Part shown: positions 59,958-64,000 of the stretch, piece after piece
Numbering within the stretch: the stretch's first letter is position 1
Layout: each line of letters opens with the position of its first letter
Origin: Alphaproteobacteria bacterium
GTDB taxonomy: Bacteria; Pseudomonadota; Alphaproteobacteria; SHVV01
Assembly (NCBI GenBank): GCA_965261735.1
Contig: OZ253470.1
Coordinates: 4,864,001-4,928,000 of the forward strand
Direction of reading: 5' to 3'
DNA length: 64,000 bases
The notes under the pieces: generated by a model
Seen by the model: the letters and a program-made list of their open reading frames with translations, nothing else
What the model was told of the DNA's origin: nothing
The model's database searches: none
Program-made: the position numbers and the translations under genes

Positions 59958-61008
59958 CTTGCCTATCCGGTTTACACCCACACCCACTAGGGCTAGAATG
60001 GGCGCAACCCGGATATAGGGGAGCGCGCCATGGATGTTCTCGACCGCGCCGATCTCCCATTCCCGCATTCGCTACCCGAGTTCCAGCGACTTTTCCCCGA
60101 TGATGCGGCCTGCGCCGCCTACCTGGAGAAAGCCCGCTGGGGAGACGGCTTTGCCTGCCCGCACTGCCGCAAGTGCCGCCAGAACACCGGGCTGACGGTG
60201 GGAACAGTGATGGAGCGTAGCCACACTCCGCTGAACGTCTGGTTCTGGGCCGCTTATCTGGTCGCCAGTCAGACGCCCGGCATGTCCGCCGTGCAGTTTC
60301 AGCGGCAACTTGGTCTTTCGCGCTACGAGACGGCCTTTCAAATTCTCCACAAGCTCCGCTCGGGCATGGTGCGGCCCAACCAAGACAGGATCGGTGGACA
60401 GCCCAAGAACCATGTTGAGGTGGACGAAACCTGGGTTGGCGGGCGAACGCGTGGGGAAGGCCGTGGTGTTCACCACAAGGTTCCCGTCTCCTGTGCCATC
60501 GAGGTGCGTCATCGAAAGCCGGGCACCAAGCTCGACAACCGGAAAGACGGACGCTATGCCGGACGCGTTCGGCTCGCCGTCGTGCTCGACCGTAGCGCCG
60601 AGTCGCTCTGTGGGTTCGTCGAGAGCACCGTCGCGCCGCGATCGCTGATCGTTACTGACGATTGGAGCGGCTATGCTGGCCTCGGTAAGCGCGGCTATGA
60701 GCACTTCGCTGTTGCCGAGTGTGGTGATCCAGAGGTTGCCGAGCAATACCTGCCGATCATCCATCTGGTTTTCGCCAACCTGAAGACGTGGCTGATCGGT
60801 ATCCACCACGGCGTTAGCCACCAGCACCTACAAGCCTACCTCAACGAGTTCACCTTCCGCTTCAACAGGCGGTTCTACCCGTTCAACGCCTTCCGCTCAT
60901 TGCTCGGCATCGCGGGCGACACCTCTGCTCCAACCTATGCCGAGCTTTACTCGGGAGAGTGGTGGCACCCTACATGTAGCGGTCATGGGCGTTAACCGGA
61001 TAGGCAAG
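59958..61008 (+). mobile_element. IS1595 element B copy 3
   Basis: Both TIRs present; 8-bp TSD CCTCATTC (59950-59957, 61009-61016). Confidence 0.92.
60030..60995 (+). CDS. IS1595 transposase with an 18-aa in-frame deletion in the Zn ribbon
   Basis: CPHC-RKC versus CPHC-GTAGEPFHFENRPGVLRC-RKC in copies 1 and 2. Confidence 0.88.
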   Translation: MDVLDRADLPFPHSLPEFQRLFPDDAACAAYLEKARWGDGFACPHCRKCRQNTGLTVGTVMERSHTPLNVWFWAAYLVASQTPGMSAVQFQRQLGLSRYETAFQILHKLRSGMVRPNQDRIGGQPKNHVEVDETWVGGRTRGEGRGVHHKVPVSCAIEVRHRKPGTKLDNRKDGRYAGRVRLAVVLDRSAESLCGFVESTVAPRSLIVTDDWSGYAGLGKRGYEHFAVAECGDPEVAEQYLPIIHLVFANLKTWLIGIHHGVSHQHLQAYLNEFTFRFNRRFYPFNAFRSLLGIAGDTSAPTYAELYSGEWWHPTCSGHGR

Positions 61009-61033
61009 CCTCATTCTCCATAACTTGCGTGAC

Positions 61034-61770
61034 ATGTTGACGGACACGAACACAGGTTTCGAGCGCGCGCACGCGGCGCCAAGCGGACTGATGCGCGCCG
61101 CCTGCGTGGCGGTGATCGCGACGGTGGGGGTCGCTGCCGCCGCGTCTGCCGAACCAGCCCTGCGCCTCGCCGCCATCGCGACCGAGGAAGCTGGGCGCGT
61201 CGCGGTGCCGCCTCTACAGCGGGCGCTCATCCGCCGCGTTCAAGAGACGCTCGCCGAGCTCGGCTACTACACCGGCCCTCTCGACGGCGTCGTGAACCGT
61301 CGCACAGGCGAGGCGATCCGGCTCTATCAGCGCCGCAGCAAACTCGAGGTTGACGGCCGCGCCACCAAGGAGCTGCTCAACCCGACTACGCCTTGAGCCG
61401 GATAGCCATCGCGTTCATCGCCGTCGAGGCGCTGCCGAGGGCGGTCGAGATCGCGAGCCAGATTACCGATTCGCGCCTCGGCGCCGATGCGTTCTGGAGT
61501 ATCGCGGCCGCTCAGAGGCGGAGCGGCGATACGGCGGGCTTGGGGCGCACCGACGCCCTTGCCGCCAACGCCATGGCCGACATCAAGAGCCCGCTCGACC
61601 GCGCCTGGGTCTGGAGCAATCTCGCCTCGACCCATGCACGCGCCGGTGACCGGGCGGCCGCCGAGAGGGCGTTTACCCAAGCGCTCGCCGTGGCCCGGGA
61701 CATTACCAGCCCGTGGGCACGCACGCAGGCCCTAGCCAAAGTCGCCGCGACCCTCATAGACTTGCAATAG
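61034..61770 (+). pseudogene. Peptidoglycan-binding domain + helical repeat protein, broken near 61380
   Basis: PG_binding_1 motif VQETLAELGYYTGPLDG..AIRLYQ..VDG, then a frame switch to DYALSRIAIA..TPR-like repeats. Confidence 0.6.
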
Positions 61771-61804
61771 TCGGCAGTCGCCGGAGGCCCGACGGAGGGA
61801 CGCC

Positions 61805-62245
61805 ATGGCGCCGTGGCGCATCAGCGCGATCGATCATGTCGTGTTGCGCGTTGCCGATAGCGAGCGTGCCGTACGCTTCTATTGCGATGTGCTGGGATGC
61901 GAGGAGGAGCGCCGGCTGGCCGAGGCCGGTCTGGTGCAGCTGCGCGCCGGCGCCTCGCTCATCGACATCGTCGGCATCGACTCGCCGATCGGGCGCAAGC
62001 TCGGCGCGGGGCCAGCGCGTGAAGGCCGCAACATGGATCATTTCGCCATCCAAATAGAGGGATTCGATGCCGCGGCCGTGGCGCGTTATCTCGAGAGTCA
62101 TGGTGTGAAGGTCGGCGATGTCGCCGACCGCTATGGCGCCGGGGGCGTGGGGCCATCGATCTATCTCACCGACCCCGACGGCAACACCGTCGAGCTCAAG
62201 GGCTCGCCCTATCCCGGCACCCGCGTGGAGCGCCCCACCGGCTAG
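61805..62245 (+). CDS. VOC/glyoxalase family protein
   Basis: IDHVVLRV, FYCDVLG, DHFA, YLTDPDGNTVELK. Confidence 0.88.
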   Translation: MAPWRISAIDHVVLRVADSERAVRFYCDVLGCEEERRLAEAGLVQLRAGASLIDIVGIDSPIGRKLGAGPAREGRNMDHFAIQIEGFDAAAVARYLESHGVKVGDVADRYGAGGVGPSIYLTDPDGNTVELKGSPYPGTRVERPTG

Positions 62246-62255
62246 CGTGGCGGCG

Positions 62256-62672
62256 CTACCCCGAGGGGTCGTCGTGGGAGCGTATTTGCGTGCCCTCGCC
62301 CGCCGTGATGAAAATCATATCGCCCGGCTCGTGGATGATGATCCGGTGCCACACGCCCTTGGCGAGGACGCATGCCTTGCCCGCGGCCAGAGCCACGTGG
62401 CGCTCCCCGTTTCCCTCCTCGAAAACCACATCCGCCGACCCGGACTGCAGGTACAGGACCTCGTCGCCTTGTGGATGCATCTCCCAGTGCGTCGTGCCCT
62501 TGTCGGCGTGGAAAGCGGTCACCAGGCGCCCCTCGAGGTAGCGCTCGCCCGCCATCAGCTCGCTCCAGAACTCGGCTGTGCATTCGACGGGCGCGGCCGC
62601 GCCGCCATCCGCAAGGTGCACGTACGTGTCGACGAGATCGAATGCCCCCGGCCGCGGCGCCATTGATTTCAT
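62256..62672 (-). CDS. Cupin domain protein
   Basis: WEMHPQGDE..GVWH cupin motifs. Confidence 0.85.
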   Translation of the reverse strand: MKSMAPRPGAFDLVDTYVHLADGGAAAPVECTAEFWSELMAGERYLEGRLVTAFHADKGTTHWEMHPQGDEVLYLQSGSADVVFEEGNGERHVALAAGKACVLAKGVWHRIIIHEPGDMIFITAGEGTQIRSHDDPSG

Positions 62673-62700
62673 CCCTTCGCGAGCTGCCCGGAACCTCGGG

Positions 62701-63426
62701 CTAGTAGTACTGATACGTCATCCACTGGCGATAATAGAGATCGCAGGTGTGGGCGACGGAGAAGCGGACCGCGTTCTGGTCCTTCGCGGTAGTGGCATAG
62801 CGGGCGAAGGAATCGGGGCCCAGGCTGCCGTGCTCCTGCTCGACGTGCGACGCGTGCACGGCGATCGACTGCAGGCCCTGCTCGCTGATGCCATAGTTTT
62901 CGCGCAATCCCGTCTCGACGCGCGCGAAGCAGAAAGGATTGGTACGCTCGGCGGCAAACGAAACCGCTGCGATGCCCTCGGCGAACGGTCGCTGGCTCAT
63001 GACGATTTCCAGCCAATGGGCGAACGCCCAGGTCTCCTGCTTGACCTCCTCGCGGGCGCGGCGGTCGGCGTCCCAGCCGAGCTCGTCGAGCGTTTGTTCG
63101 AAGAGCGTGACGTGGCCCCCTGCCCCCGACGCGCTGCCGTGCTCCTCTTCCATCAGGTTCTCGAGCAGGAGCTGACGCAGATCGTCGTCGGGCGCCCGCG
63201 CATAAAGCTGACCGATGATGATATTGGAGGGGTTGGCCCAGCACGTGATCTGGTACACCCAGCCGGCGATTTGCTCGCGGCTGAGTTCGCCGCTCTCGAT
63301 GCCGAGCACGACGGGGTGCTCGCGACGGTTGCGCGCAGGCGATTGGACGATCGCGTCGAGCTCGGCGAGGAGAGCATCGTTGTCGACCGGTTCATCGCGC
63401 CACGTCACGCCGCTAATGCTGTCCAT
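62701..63426 (-). CDS. Heme-oxygenase-like diiron enzyme (CADD/PqqC/TenA fold)
   Basis: HP..G.LS, ENLMEEEHG..H, AAER, H..VEQEH ligand pattern; AGGAGG SD. Confidence 0.75.
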   Translation of the reverse strand: MDSISGVTWRDEPVDNDALLAELDAIVQSPARNRREHPVVLGIESGELSREQIAGWVYQITCWANPSNIIIGQLYARAPDDDLRQLLLENLMEEEHGSASGAGGHVTLFEQTLDELGWDADRRAREEVKQETWAFAHWLEIVMSQRPFAEGIAAVSFAAERTNPFCFARVETGLRENYGISEQGLQSIAVHASHVEQEHGSLGPDSFARYATTAKDQNAVRFSVAHTCDLYYRQWMTYQYY

Positions 63427-63518
63427 CTCAACCTCCTTAGCGATGGCCGCCCGGATCGCGATGCGCCACCATTGTCGCGGCGCCCGGAAACGGCGTCAAT
63501 CGGTGCATCGTTTTTCGC

Positions 63519-64000
63519 TCACTCATGGATGTAGCTGAAGCGCTCCAGCAGCCCGTGCTCGCGTAGCCACGCGACCGCCTCGAACTGCGCCCCGCTCGGC
63601 ACTGCGCCCGACAGGAGATGCAAGAGGGGGGCGCAGACGTGATCGACCGTCTGGCACAGCTGGCCCGAGAGGTACCCGGGCGGCGCATTGTCGAGGAAAC
63701 GGGTAACCGCCAGCCCAGGGGTGAAGGCGTTGACCCGCACGCCGTGGGGCTCGAGCTTGACCGCCAACGCCGAGGAGAACCCCTCGATCGCATGTTTCGT
63801 GGTCGTGTAGTCGACACTGCGGACGTGGCGGAAGCCGAGCCGCGCCGTTCCCGACGAGAGGTTGACGATGTGGCCGCTGCGGCGCTCGATCATGCCCGGC
63901 AGCACCGCCTGGGTACAGAGGAACGTGCCTTTGACGTTGACGTCGAAGGTGCGTTGCCAGTCCGCGGCCGGAAGATCGACGACATCGGCGACGCTGCCCG
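63519..64000 (-). CDS. SDR oxidoreductase, 5' end outside the window
   Basis: NVKGTF, GHIVNLSS, YTTTK, VRVN. Confidence 0.8.
   Translation of the reverse strand, partial: GSVADVVDLPAADWQRTFDVNVKGTFLCTQAVLPGMIERRSGHIVNLSSGTARLGFRHVRSVDYTTTKHAIEGFSSALAVKLEPHGVRVNAFTPGLAVTRFLDNAPPGYLSGQLCQTVDHVCAPLLHLLSGAVPSGAQFEAVAWLREHGLLERFSYIHE

Overview
High-GC alphaproteobacterial (Rhodospirillales-like) chromosomal segment that appears to span the replication terminus, with an unannotated dif site at 9762-9789. The first 29 kb is conserved core: mltB-rlpA-dacA-tmk-holB-metG-tatD-MBL, dif, mazG, SDR, groESL with CIRCE, the minus-strand dusB-ntrBC-ntrYX-trkAH-dat-hfq-hflX cluster, and ispDF-pgpA-cinA. 29.1-40 kb is an island in which an uncharacterised ABC-type ATPase + PIN-nuclease gene pair (putative defence or toxin-antitoxin system) has been broken up by insertion sequences. 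These include a four-level nest (IS256 in IS630 in IS1595 in a cargo-carrying IS1595, inside the PIN gene), each level with readable target-site duplications. Two related cargo IS1595 elements each carry a membrane-protein passenger and a small gene overlapping the transposase antisense. The remainder holds an orphan Rieske oxygenase alpha subunit + RidA, a degenerate PleD/PopA-like protein, mfd-sdhE-recG, a type III PKS + methyltransferase, a lipid A glycosylation trio and an SDR-heme-oxygenase-like enzyme-cupin unit. Many pseudogenes suggest ongoing genome erosion. No rRNA, tRNA or CRISPR array was seen. All calls come from reading motifs by eye; no searches were run.
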